Positions 24,836-38,185 of a DNA stretch of 64,000 nt are shown one piece after another. Each line of letters starts with the position of its first letter. The first letter of the stretch is position 1. The notes beneath the pieces were generated by a model. The model ran no database searches, was not told the origin of the DNA, and saw nothing but the letters and a program-made list of their open reading frames with translations. The position numbers and the translations under genes are program-made. The stretch comes from Eledone cirrhosa (taxonomy: Eukaryota), in NCBI GenBank assembly GCA_964016885.1, contig OZ024740.1, positions 198,834,001-198,898,000 of the forward strand, in the 5' to 3' direction.

Positions 24836-26900
24836 ACCGAGTTTAACCTGCCGGTCATACTGATAACCCCCTCCCGGTCAGACATGGGGGTTATTAGCAA
24901 AAGAATTTTAGATAGCATCCTGCCCACATATAAGAGTAAAATAAGGTTACAACTCTGGTCATGCATCAGCCAGGTGCTGGACTGGTTTACATTTTTGCCT
25001 GACAAACATAGGACTAGATTCATACAACTAGACATCAACAATTAATACTCCTCTATCTCGCCCATAGTCCTGAACAAGGCACTCATATTCGCGATGAATA
25101 GGACAGACCTAACACGTGACGAGGTCCGACTCACACACGCCGCCAAAAAGACCCTGATCCGATTCGGTGGGGACATATGGACCCGGAGCGACTGGCCAAA
25201 TAATTTTGACATTAAAATGGGCTCCAGTGACTCCGCGCAGCTAACGGACTTGGTTGGGATATACATACTCTACGAGATCAAGAGAGAAATACCCAACCTG
25301 GGTGGCGCGCTGTACCGAGACGACGCACTCTTCACCATAGTGGTCCACAGCACTACAATGGTCGAAAATATGAAGAAGGGGAATTAGGCACTTCTTTAGC
25401 AAGGTAGGACTTAAAGTAGAGATGGAACCCAATAGAAAAGTAGTGAATTTCCTGGACACCACCCTGAACCTCAACACCAAGCTACACCACCCATATTGTA
25501 AACCCAATGAGAAGCTGGTGTATATCAACGCTGGGTCTAATCACCCTAGATCTATAGTTAAGGCCGTAGTTAAGAGTGTCTCTGACAGGATCTCTAACTT
25601 GTCGGCCAATAAAGAGATCTTCAATATTAACGCTGATTACTATAACTCAGCGCTAGCTAAGGCGTCCCACAGCGATAGGATCAGCTATAACCCTAAGGGA
25701 CATGATCGAGATGACCCAAGGGTAGCCCGTAGCAATACACTCGGGGCCATGAGTCGCCCACTTAATACCTCGGTGACTAGTAGTAACACTCCCAGACCGC
25801 TATCCGTCACCACCCCCGGTAGAAGGTCCCGCATACTCCACCGGTCTAATACCTACAACGCTGAATACCACTGTGCTGCGGAGCATAGGCACTCCTGCAC
25901 CGGCCCCAACACCCGCCGAACCCTAATTGAGCAGGAAGGTCGCACCTCGCAGGTTTATAGTCCCACGGTGGGCCCATATAACCCTCATGATAGTGACCGC
26001 TCCGCACACCCGAGTGACACCAACCGAGCTCGACCTGAGCTGTGCACAACCACGCGATGGCCCACGGCGGACACACAACAACCCCACAAGAATAGGACCA
26101 GGAAGGTCACTGGTATAACTCTCCGTACTCGGTGGGTCTACGTACCAGCCTGACTAGAACATTCTTTAGAGTACTGGATAAATGTTTCCCTAGGGCTCAC
26201 AAGTACCATAAAATATTCAACAGGCACACAGTGACACTTTCCTACTCAACCACACGCTCTGTAGCCCAGCACATTGCTGGCATAAATAGGAATAGACTCA
26301 CTGCCTCTAATACCACCGTAAACCCCGGAGCCACCCAACACAGCCAGCACGCGGGACGCAACGGAATCCGGACAGGCCCAACTAGCACACCGGAACCCAA
26401 CGACCCTGTGCTGATTGCGGAGGCTACGCAGCCAACCCCGTGTGATCGTAACCACGCGGTACACGTGGGCTTAAGAAGTCATGTAATTGCAGAGACCCAT
26501 CACTATGCCCCCTTAGTAATGAATGCATGACGAAAAACGTGGTCTACAGGTGCGAGGTCACAACCCCTAACTCGGAGTACCACTACATAGGATCCACAGC
26601 GACGAGCTTCAAAGATCGGTGGTATAACCATGACCATTCCTTTAACAGAATAGGTAAGAGGAAATGTACAGCCTTTTCTGAATTGATCTGGAAGGTCAAA
26701 CTTGAAAAGACCCCGCACTCTCTGGTCTGGTCCGTGGTTAGAAAGGTTCCCCCAGACAGAGGCGGGTCTGGTATTTGCAACCTCTCTCTTAGTGAGACAC
26801 TCGAGATTCTTCATGGCTGAACCAAGCTATTAAACAGAAGGGCTGCTTATTCGGTGCCTGCAGACACCTAAGGACGGGAACCTTTCTCAAGCTATATGGA
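24836..26900 (+). mobile_element. Penelope-like element (YRDD RT, Neptune-type), 5'-truncated and frameshifted
   Basis: FIQLDINN, FDIKMGSSDSAQLTDLVG, LYRDDAL, VNFLDTTLNL..PYCKPN..YINAGSNHP, NVVYRC..YHYIGST.TSFKDRWYNH, CNLSLSE. Confidence 0.92.
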
Positions 26901-27869
26901 TAAACCTCGGTTACGGTCTCCCACAACGCCCCCCCCCCGTGTAGGTCCCCTACACCCCGTACCAATGGTTAGGAGTCATCTAAACCACGTTTTATTGAAC
27001 CTGATTTGATATATATATGTATATATATATCATGTGTATATATATATATATTTTATATGTATATATATGTGTATTTAATATATATGTATGTATATATATG
27101 TATATATTTTATATATATATGTATATGTATGTGTATTTTATATATATATATGTATGTATGTTTTATGTGTGTATATATTTTATGTATGTGTGTATTTTAT
27201 GTATATATATATTTTTTATATGTTTATATGTATATATTTTATATTTATATATGTTCTGTGTATATATATATATATATATTTTATATATATATATACTTGT
27301 GCGTACATACATACATGCATATATCTAAATATACACACCTGTATGGATTTGTGTGTGTAGATGTGTGAGTGTCTGAGAGGGTAGGTGTGAGTGTATGTAC
27401 AAGTCAAGCAGCATAAACCTTTTATTTCTAAATTTTCTGAACTAAGTATTGGACTCTAACCTTTATTTTAAGTATTACCACTCCACATTTTGTATGTGCG
27501 GATGTGGAGGTGGGTGTGAGTGTAGTGCACGCCAACCGACATAACTCTTTTTATTTGTAAATTTTCCACTCCAACCATAAATTTCAGTAGCACCACTCCA
27601 CATAAATTCCTCAATTTAAGAATGACCTGTAGTATCTATTTCATACTATTAACCTTAATTGAATATATATCTGACGAGGAATGCTTTTTGTGAAAATCAG
27701 TCATATGGAACTATTGTCATCTTGCCTGACGGTTTGAACTTTACAACACCACCTGCCTCTTTGAGGTCAAATACCAACCCTACTACCATCTACAAACTGA
27801 CCAATGAGAATCGAGACTATTCCTGCTGACAACATTAAATTATTCCTAACAAGCTCATATGTTCCAAAG

Positions 27870-27995
27870 CTCTGATGCCATCAACACTATAAACACAGAG
27901 CTGGCATATCTAAGAAGTGACTAACTGCCTGATGAGGTCATAGCCATTCAATGGCTATCATGTATATATATATATATATATATATATAGCAGGTG
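27870..27995 (+). repeat. PLE-terminus-like repeat with a decayed hammerhead; relatives near 33790-33900 and 56365-56470(-)
   Basis: CTGC-CTGATGA-GGTCATAGCC...TATA-GCAG; the GAAA half is lost; matches the reverse complement at 56365-56470. Confidence 0.55.
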
Positions 27996-29224
27996 GATTC
28001 CCGATGTATATCGCGAGGTGATCACAGTTAAAATTGTATTAAATATCAATATGTTAGTAGATTATAAGTGTTTTAATTTATCCATTAAACAACCTAGGGA
28101 AAAATAGGAGGCTTTCTCATGCACCCTACTTGCTGGCACTACTGCGGCTTGAACCATGGTGCTGTAACCTTTATATATTTTCTAAACATATATGTATGAC
28201 GCTTGTTGATAGAACATATTCACACGTAGCACCCATTAAAGCGTGTATTGCTCGGTTGATAATTGACAACATAATGAATTAAATAAATTCCAGACTCTAT
28301 TATAATATAATCCAAATTGCACGTAATTATACGTATAAGGTGTATATACTGAATTAAAGATAAACGGTTCATTGAAATGTGCGTAAGCTGGGATGTACTT
28401 CTCTTCTCCCAATGCATCTTGTAGACAGTTATATTTGTTCGACTGTCGTCGGTTTCGTCGGCGTGTGGTTGATTAACAGGAGAGCTTCATTGAGAAGTTT
28501 GTTGAGCATTCTGTGTGCAGGTGAACACTTACACGCCTGTGTGATGGGATGTACCTGAAAATTATAAGTATCAGTATTGTTCCACAAACATGTCTAAGGA
28601 ATGCTCAGCTGGTGAATTTCGAGAACAAGATATTCTGAAAATCAAACGAGCAGAAGACAACGGAAAAACGATAGATCAACTTGGGTTCTATTTCGTTTCT
28701 ATATAGAGAAAATAATTTTATTCCGAGATATCGCTATTAACATACATATAGTGTATATGGAGTTCGCACTCAAAATGATATTCCCCAACACATTATATTT
28801 TTACCAGCTTCTTCATCATCATTCTAAGCCTATATCTACTTAAGGCAAATTAAAGTCCCCCTTGGTGCCAATTTTTCTCACCATGCAAATGTTTCATTTA
28901 TGTAACGTATATACTGTCGTCTATCTTCAGTTAAAACTCGCTCCACTGCATTCGTCTGATATGTGAACCTGCCCGCCTCGGTTTTTATTCTGTACACGGC
29001 TTTTTACATCTGTTGACATTTATTAGGTAAGAATACATCACCGGCAGTGTTAAATATTTCTCAACATTTATTACACTCCCACCACTTTCCGACGTTACAC
29101 CACCAGGTATGCAGTCACTTCACACAGTATTACCATATCGTCGTCCCCGAAGCTCAATAGTTTCTCCAAGACATGGCGCAAATTCTCCTCTATACTTTTA
29201 TTTCGTCTTTTATTTCTCATTTAA

Positions 29225-29260
29225 TCTTCTGATGAAGTACTAACGTCCGAAATGTTAAGA
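29225..29260 (+). ncRNA. Degenerate minimal hammerhead
   Basis: TCTT-CTGATGA-a-GTAC-taac-GTCC-GAAA-tg-TT|AAGA; one mismatch in stem II. Confidence 0.55.
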
Positions 29261-29474
29261 CACTTTTCCTAAAATTTGAAATTAATATATATCTTTATTC
29301 TACTGTAATATTTGCTCTATTGCCTTCCATTTACGGATACATGCACATTACATATATGCGCGTATATAAGTATGTATGTATGTATGTATGTATTTATGTA
29401 TGTATGTATGTATGTATGTATGTATGTATGTATGTATGTATGTATGTATGTATGTATGTATGTATGTATGTATG

Positions 29475-32400
29475 TGTGAGACGAAGTTAGCTGGAGATGG
29501 TCATCTTACAGAATTCTGTGGAGAATATAAATTCTACTGGAAAGGAAGAGATGAAGGAACCAGAAGAGAGGCTGGATAGAATTTGCTGTTAAGACTATTC
29601 TTGTGAATAAATTAGAAGAATTCCCAGTAGGGATTAGTGAGCGTCTTATGTCCCTGAGAGTTCCGCTGGACAAGATGTGCGACCCTGGTGAGTGTGTATG
29701 CTCCAACTATGAATTCTGTCGATGAGGAAAAAGTGTCCTTTTACCATGCCTTGAATGGTGTTTTAAGAAATATCCCTCAGGCAGACAAAGTCATCGTGCT
29801 TGGTGACTTTAATGCTAGAGTGGATAGGGATTTTAACACATTGATTGTAATCGGAAGGCATGGGGTGGGAAAGTGTAACAACAATGGTATGCTCCTGCTG
29901 CAGATGTGTGAGGAGCTGGATCTGTGTGTTACCAACACCATGTTCCAACAAAAGAACAAATTCAAGACCACATGGATGCATCCTGCATCTAAGGAATGGC
30001 ATCTTTTGGACTACGTCCTAGTCAGGATGCGTGACAGACAGGATGTGCAGTGTGTTCGTGCTCTTCGTGGAGCTGAGTGCTGGACGGACCACCGCTTGGT
30101 ACGCGCAAAAGTGAAACTAATCACTAAACGTAAAATCCGGGCTCCTGGTGTTGCCCTGCCCAAAAGATTGAATGCTGCTCGTCTTAAGTATAAAAATGTG
30201 AAGAGGACATTGGAAGAAAAGATGCAGGCTGCAGATCTTGGTGAGGATTGGCCGACCCTTAAAAAGTCGGTTTATGATGTAGGCAGGCGTGTTCTGGGAT
30301 TGGTGCAGAGAAAACATCGGGACTGGTTTAATAAGAATGATAGAAGACTTGTTGGCTGATAAGAGGCGTGCTCTGTCATCTACTTGACGGCAAAACCACA
30401 GGAGAGGAATACGTTGCATGAGGAACTCAAGGATGTAAAATCACGTGTTAGGCGGAGTCTTTCTCAGATGAGGGATCAGTGCTGGATTGAGAGGCTGGTG
30501 AGATACAAACTGCGTCAGATTCCAATAACACAAAGCTGTTGGACAGTCTCTTGCGTGAAGTTTATGAACCGTCTTCTTCTCTGGTGACACCGCCTCGCAG
30601 CAAGGATAGCAAATAACTTCTTCGTGACTCACAGGGAATTCTACGAAGGTGGCGAGAGCACTTTGATGATCCTTTGAATCAGACGTCTATCGTCAGTAAA
30701 TATTTCCTCAATCTCATTCCAGAAAGTCCTGTGAAAATAGCTCTCGCAGAACCTACGACGCTTGTGGAGGTTGCAGTGGCTATCTCGAAGCTGAACAGTG
30801 GAAGGTCTCCAGGTATGGATGGCATACATGCGGAGCTCCTACAATATGGTGTGAGAGACTCTGCAACATCTTCACTCTTTGTTTGGCAGGATATGGGCTA
30901 ATGAATCCGTACCTGAGGACTGGAGAGATGCAGTAATGGTGGTCTCGTACAAGGGAAAGGGTAACAGGAATGATTTTGGGAACTATAGAGGTATATCATT
31001 GCTTTCTGTCGTAGAGAAAGTTTTATGTAGGGTGCTTCTGGATAGTCTGCTGACACACCTTACAGATTGTGTTCTTCCTGAACGTCAATCTGGTTTTCGT
31101 ACTGGACGCGGCACTACTTATATGATCTTCTCAGCTAGACAGCTCCAGGAGAAGTGCATGGAACAAGGTTTGGATCAGTATCAGGTTTTTGTTGATCTGA
31201 CAAAAGCTTTCGATACTGTTAACAGAGATGCATTATGGAAGGTTCTCCAGAAACTTGGTTGCCCTAATAAGTTCCTTGTTTTAGTTAGGTCTTTCCATGA
31301 CGACATGAAGGCTTGGGTTAATGTCGGAGGTAACATGTCGGCGCCTATCTCAGTAAAAAATGGAGTGAAACAGAGGGATATTCCAGCACCGACCCTCTTT
31401 GCCATATACTTTGCAATGGTTTTCTCTATTGCATTCAGGAATTGCGAGAATGGTGTTTACATCCGATATCGAACCTCAGGCAGCATATTTAACATTAGGC
31501 GCTTTGCTGCAAAGACAAAAGTATTTACATCAATGATAAGAGACCTCTTTTATGCAGATGATTGCGATCTTGTAGCGCACACAGAGAGTGATATGCAGCA
31601 CATTTTGAATGCATTTTCTGACGCTTGTACTGCCCTAGGATTGACTGTCAGTCTCAAGAAAACCGTCGTCATGTACCAACGTGCTTCTGGTAAGCAGTAC
31701 ACTGAACCAGATATCTATATGTATGATAAACGACTTGGAGTGGTTGATCAGTTTGTCTACCTGGGAAGCACTGTCAATCGATACGGCAACCTTGTCAGTG
31801 AAATCTCACTTAGGATTAGGAAAGCAAGTGATGATTTCGGAAAGCTAGAAAGCCGACTCTGGGGTCGGCAAGACATATGCAGGAGGACAAAGGTAAAGGT
31901 GTACAAGGCATGTGTGCTCTCTTGTCTTCTTTATGCCTGCTAGATCTGGGTCACATATCGACACCACCTTAAGCAATTGGAGCGTTTCCATCAGATGTGT
32001 CTCAGACAGATCTATGGCGTTCACTGGAGGGCCCACATCAGTGATGTCGAGATTGGAAAGATCTATGTATGACAGTATAGAAGCTCTTGTGCTTAAGCAA
32101 AAACTCCGTTGGAGTGGTCCCCTTGCCAGGATGAAGGATTCTAGAATACCAAAACAACTCTTTTATGGAGAGTTGGTTAAAGGAAAAGGACCGCCACATA
32201 AACCAAAAACGAGGTATAAGGATTCCTTTAAGGCCTCTTTGAAAGACGCTAACATCTCTGCTGATACATGGCAACATATTGTTGCTGATCGTAATAAAGG
32301 AGAAAGACTGTATATGAAGGAAAGGTTGCCTTTGAGGCATCTCGAATCGCATACAAGAAAGTAAAGTGGGATGTGAGGAAGGGCATTGCTGTTGCACTTC

Positions 32401-33085
32401 CAGACGGCGAGGGTCCTCCTATGGTGCTGACATGCAGCGTCTGTGCGAGACGCTGCCTAAGCAAAGCTGGACTCGAAAGTCATCTTCGCACTCATAAAGT
32501 AAGACCAGTGGTTGACTACCAGGCTGCTGTTGGAGATGCTACTCATCATGCTTGCCAAGCATGTGGTAGAGAATGTAAATCAGCAGGAGGGGTCAAGCGA
32601 CATGCACAAGTACATGATCTCCAACCACAGCCGGCTATTTTCAGTGAATGTTTTGGTTGCCGACTCTGTGCAAGACATTTTAGATCATTGGCTGGGCTAA
32701 AGAGCCACATTCGATGGCAGCGCTGTTAATTGCTATCGTGTGTGTGTGTGTATAGATATGTTTATGGGTGTGCGTGTCTGTGTATATATATATATATGTA
32801 TATGTATATTATTATTGTTGTTGTTGTCGTTATTATTATTGCTGTTATTATTATTATTATTATTGTTATTAATGTATGTGTATATATATATATGTGCATA
32901 TATATATATATGTATGTGTGTATATATATATGTGTATATATATATATGTATGTGTGTATATATATATGTGTATATATATATATGTATGTGTGTATATATA
33001 TATTTTTAAATTTTATTTTTTTTATTATATTTTTTTTTCTCGTGCAATGGCCATACTCGATAACGAGGCGGCAGCCGTCATCATG
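29475..33085 (+). mobile_element. Near full-length degenerate RTE-clade LINE (APE + RT + three C-terminal C2H2 fingers), flanked by (TGTA)n
   Basis: SVYAPT, VLGDFNARV, WMHP..WHLLDYV, WTDH; NYRGISLLS, QSGFR, FVDLTKAFD, GVKQ, FYADD; CSVC..H..H, CQAC..H..H, CRLC..H; several frameshifts; ORF stop at 32729. Confidence 0.95.
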
Positions 33086-33155
33086 TATGTACGTATGTAT
33101 GTATGTATGTATGTATGTATGTATGTATGTATGTATGTATGTATGTATGTATGTA

Positions 33156-33206
<51 letters not shown>

Positions 33207-34077
33207 CTATAACTTGCTGTATTCACAATTCTAAACATTTAGATCCACATAACTGAACACATTCCCATCACGCTAGTTATTTAGAAATATTGCAAAGAAT
33301 CGCTTGTTATGAATCCGACTTAAATTCTGGCGTGTTAAAAGCAAATTGCTCCTCGTCATTCAAGTTGTAGCTTATTAGCTACTTCGACAGTAATTAACAT
33401 CTTCAGAGAATATTTGCATTCCATTATAATTTGTTTTGAATAAGATTCTGAACCGTTGGGCGTTCCTTAAACATAACAAAAGGAAAGAAATAAGTGAAAC
33501 AAAATTGAATTACTCTCTAAAATATCATGTGTTTTCAACGCAATAGAATGGATCTTGCTATAATATACACTCTATATATACCCAGGAAAATTACTAGTGC
33601 CTGCACACACACACATACACTCACAGACACACAGACACAAACACAACCACGTTGTTGTAGCAGCTAAAATAGAAGTTGGCTTGTTACATGTTACTAAGTA
33701 TTTATATATATATATATATGATTCCAGTTCCTCGTAGGACTAACAACAACACACGCAAGTGATGGACATATCGATGAATTGACAGAGTGGAACACATTTC
33801 AACACCAAGTTTACATGTTCTTTCTACATTTAGTATTACTGCCTGAAGAGGTCACAGCCAATAATAGGTGTCACTGGAATATATTTACCAGAAAATTTAT
33901 AATAAAAGAAGCCAAATTTAACATGTTTGACTTACTTATTTTACATTAAGTAAACAAACCAACCTGCGTACTTCATCGAGTGCTCCAGCCTGCACAGTGA
34001 GGAGTCTGTAAACAACCAACACATACTCAAAATGTATCTATATATACTTATACGCACACGCTCACACACGCAAACAC

Positions 34078-34184
<107 letters not shown>

Positions 34185-34388
34185 TAAATAGCCGATTAAA
34201 GTTTAAGCAAAGAATCGGTGCTGTCACCCTTAACGGGATCTTCTGAAACTAAAAATGTCAATATGTGGACGCTGAACTATTTCGAAAAACGTTGCAACAC
34301 AATATTTTCTCTGCGGTCTTATATATATTTATATATATATTATCTTTATCGAGCCCACTTCGGATTTAATCTTCAGATTTATTATTAT

Positions 34389-34452
<64 letters not shown>

Positions 34453-34459
<7 letters not shown>

Positions 34460-35035
34460 TAAACGGAATAGAAAATGCTGACAAATTGTTCACAGTTGAA
34501 AAATGGTTTAATTAGGAATAAAAGAGTATTAGTGATTGTATGGGTTAGTATTCAGTTGTGGTTTTAGGTTTTTAAGTTTTTACCAGTTGCGCATTTCTAA
34601 ATGCTTTTCAAAAATAATTTTGAGATAGAGTGTCCGTGCTGTTTGCTCTGATCTGATTAGTTTTGGGAATTCTACCTGTTTTTATGTAAAAAAAGTGGCT
34701 CCAGCGTTACTTTCGTGTTGGAAAATTTCTTGTGGTCAAAACAATTTTGATTGGTCGGTAGAGGTCATGTGAGTGTAAAAAATTGATTTTGCGCCAAGAC
34801 TGTTTTTATTTTAAAAAAGTGGCTCCGGCAACAATTCTTGTGGTCAAAACAATTTTGATTGGTCGGTAGAGGTCATGTGAATAAAAAATTGGTTTTGCGC
34901 CAAGATTGAGAAATGACTCTTTCACAACAAATATGTGTGTGTGTGTGTGTGTGTGTGTAGTAGTAGTAGTAGTAGTAAGATGTTCGATGTTGTGATAATG
35001 GTTAGCAGCGATGTGTGTCAAATGGCTATTGAGAT

Positions 35036-35071
<36 letters not shown>

Positions 35072-35249
35072 CAGAGTAATTCGTGGTGGCAGGGATGGTC
35101 AGTAAGAATGTGTCTGAAAGCAATGGGCGGTATTTTAGCATGTCAAAAGATATTTTTCAGCTTTTGTCTTATACGGAGAAGTGCATGTGTGTGTGTGTGT
35201 GTATATAAGTCTCTTTGTATGTTGATGTACGCGTGTGTATGTGTGTGTG

Positions 35250-35293
<44 letters not shown>

Positions 35294-35644
35294 GACCAGA
35301 ATGTTTCCCTCCTGGTAAAATGGTGTACACCATTTTACCAGGGGGAAAAATACTGGTCCCCCCCCACACACATATATATACACACACACATACACACGCG
35401 TACATCAACATACAAAGAGACTTATATACACACACACACACGCACTTCTCCGTATAAGACAAAAGCTGAAAAATATCTTTTGACATGCTAAAATACCCCC
35501 CATTGCTTTCAGACACATTCTTACTAACCATCCCTGCCACCACAAATTACTCTGCTATACACACACACACACACACTTATCTCAATAGCCATTTGACACA
35601 CATCGCTGCTAACCATTATCACAACATCGAACACCTTACTACTA

Positions 35645-35716
<72 letters not shown>

Positions 35717-36195
35717 TTGTTGTGAAAGAATCATTTCTCAATCTTGGCGCAAAACCAATTTTTTATTCACGTGACCTCTACCGACCAATCAAAATTGTTT
35801 TGACCACAAGAATTGTTGCTGGAGCCACTTTTTTAACATAAAAACAGTCTTGGCGCAAAATCAATTTTTTACACTCACATGACCTCTACCGACCAATCAA
35901 AATTGTTTTGACCACAAGAAATTTTGCGACACCAAAGTAACGCTGGAGCCACTTTTTTAACATAAAAACAGGTAGAATTCCCAAAACTAATCAGATCAGA
36001 GCAAACAGCACGGACACTCTATCTCAAAATTATTTTTGAAAAGCATTTAGAAATGCGCAAACGGTAAACACTTAAAAACTTAAAACCACAACTGAATACT
36101 AACCCATACAATCACTAATACTCTTTTATTCCTAATTAAACCATTTTTCAACTGTGAACAATTTGTCAGCATTTTCTATTCCGTTTACCAATATA
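34453..36195. repeat. Spacerless non-coding palindrome of about 1.75 kb centred at 35326/35327, with internal repeats of about 120 bp, flanked by (TA)n
   Basis: Centre CCTGGTAAAATGGTGT|ACACCATTTTACCAGG; arms match to both ends apart from microsatellite lengths and scattered substitutions. Confidence 0.92.
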
Positions 36196-36226
36196 TAATA
36201 ACTTGTGTGTTACACCTCTATTCCTT

Positions 36227-36296
<70 letters not shown>

Positions 36297-36419
36297 TAGT
36301 GTGTATGCATACGTACTTAAAATACATACATATCATATACGTATATATATATATATAGTGGTAGAACACTGGAAGGTAATATCCGTAGTGGTAGAACACT
36401 CAGACCATGGGACGAGTTA

Positions 36420-37390
36420 GGTATAAGTGGTTACACAACAGTTACTTCACCATACCGAGAACAGTTGTTTCACCTTAGCGGATCCTTAGCTCGTAATGGA
36501 TATGGTTATACGGAATAGGAAGGACAACCGTACGAACGCGCATGCGCAGAAACGATTATTTCACACAGGCAATACTAAAATGTGTGCGAAAGGTGTAAGG
36601 GAGATAACTACGAAAGTCAGAACATTTTCTAGTTGATAAGAAAATTAAGATGTTGCTGTAATTCAATCCGGAGCTTTGTAGTTGTGTAAGAGGTGTTTCC
36701 AGACGTGTGGACAACGTGTGAATAATTCATATCTTGTGTTTAGGCAATCACTATTACGTAATCTCTTTAGAATATTTATTCGTTCATCAATACATAGTCT
36801 ATACGATGGATTGCCCTTGCGTATGGCTTGGACTTAGTGATGGATTTTCATTGAATGGAGTAGTCTATACTTGAGTCCAAAATCTACCCGGACAGACGTT
36901 CATCCACGAAACTCGTGACCCATGTATGCTCCACCAAGGACTCAAGTATAGACTACTCCATTCAATGGAAAGCCATCACTAAGTCCAAGCCATACACAAG
37001 GGGCAATCCGTCGTGTGAACTATATATTGATGAACGAATAAATATTCTAAAGCGATTACACAATAGTGATTGCCCAAACATGAGTAATGAATTCTCCACA
37101 CGTTGTCCGCACGTCTGAAAGCACCTCTTACATAACTAAAAAGCTCTGGATTGAATTACAGCAACATCCTAATTTTCTTATCAACTAGAAACTTTTCGGA
37201 CTTTCGCGGTTACCTCACTTACACCTCTCGCACACATTTTAGTATTGCCTGTGCGAAGTGATTGTTTCTGCGCATGTGCGTTCGTATGGTTGTACTTCCT
37301 GTTACATATAACCATGTCCATTACGAGCTGAGGATCCGCTAAGGTGAAACAATTGTTCTCGGTATGGTGAAATAACTGTTGTGTAAACAC

Positions 37391-37392
<2 letters not shown>
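36420..37392. mobile_element. Foldback of a PLE 3' end (arms about 36430-36875 and 36935-37390)
   Basis: ORF 36915-37118: YSIQWKAITKSKPYTRGNPSCELYIDE...NEFSTRCPH (GIY-YIG C-terminus); mirrored upstream. Confidence 0.88.
37324..37361 (+). ncRNA. Minimal type I hammerhead with palindromic stem III (mirror copy near 36456-36493 has a core mutation)
   Basis: CGAG-CTGAGGA-tCC-gctaa-GGt-GAAA-CAATTG-TT|CTCG. Confidence 0.8.
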
Positions 37393-37440
<48 letters not shown>

Positions 37441-37446
<6 letters not shown>

Positions 37447-38129
37447 TAGTATATCTACCAACATATATATACAGATGGAGAAAGGATATTTCTCCATGTT
37501 GTTCCAATCGGAAACCATGTTTATTCCCTTTCAGAAACTAATTAGTTGGAGTGAAATTTTAGTAAGCAAGTAAATTTTTATAATTTTCTTATTTTACGTC
37601 TTTCATATAATTGTTCTGCATTCCCTTGCATTGAACCACAAAGTTACTAAGACAAAACCTATATATTTGCTAGCATAGGTATACATCTGTATATATATGT
37701 TGGTAGATATACTAATTCTTTATAATTATCTCCAAATTATTTTGTTGAGCAAAAATTTGCCAAAACTACTGCTATGCTTCATAGTAATAGCCAGGCTACT
37801 GTCTTATTAGCACCCTCACTCCTCACTGATTGACCTCGATGTCACGGGATTGATTCTTTTGAATTCGCCACCGACTAAGTAGGCAGTGATTTTTTCAATG
37901 TCCTGGAATCTAGTCCTCGCATGCTTTTTTCCATCCCTGAATTATTTTTGTATAAGTTTCCTGTGTCCACGCTTAGCCTGGGAACTTAGCTGAGAACAGA
38001 TCTCCCTGATGACGAAAGGATATTTCTCCATGTTGTTCCAATCGAAAGCATGTTTATTCCATTTCAGAAACTAATTAGTTGGAGTGAAAATTTAGTAAGT
38101 AAATTTTTATAACTTTCTTATTTTACGTC

Positions 38130-38140
<11 letters not shown>
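37441..38140 (+). repeat. PLE-type terminal repeat cluster: direct repeat 37480-37610 / 38015-38140 and inversion 37441-37477 / 37684-37722
   Basis: Direct reading. Confidence 0.75.
38002..38084 (+). ncRNA. Candidate hammerhead with a stem II of about 54 nt and palindromic stem III
   Basis: CTCC-CTGATGA-cGAAAGG...CATG..TTCC..GAAA.CATG..CCATTTCa-GAAA-CTAATTAG-TT|GGAG. Confidence 0.75.

Positions 38141-38185
<45 letters not shown>

Noticed and set aside
27667-27706. ATAT-CTGACGA...GAAA..GTC-ATAT hammerhead-like string
   Set aside because: Stem II does not pair convincingly and there is no second copy to confirm it.
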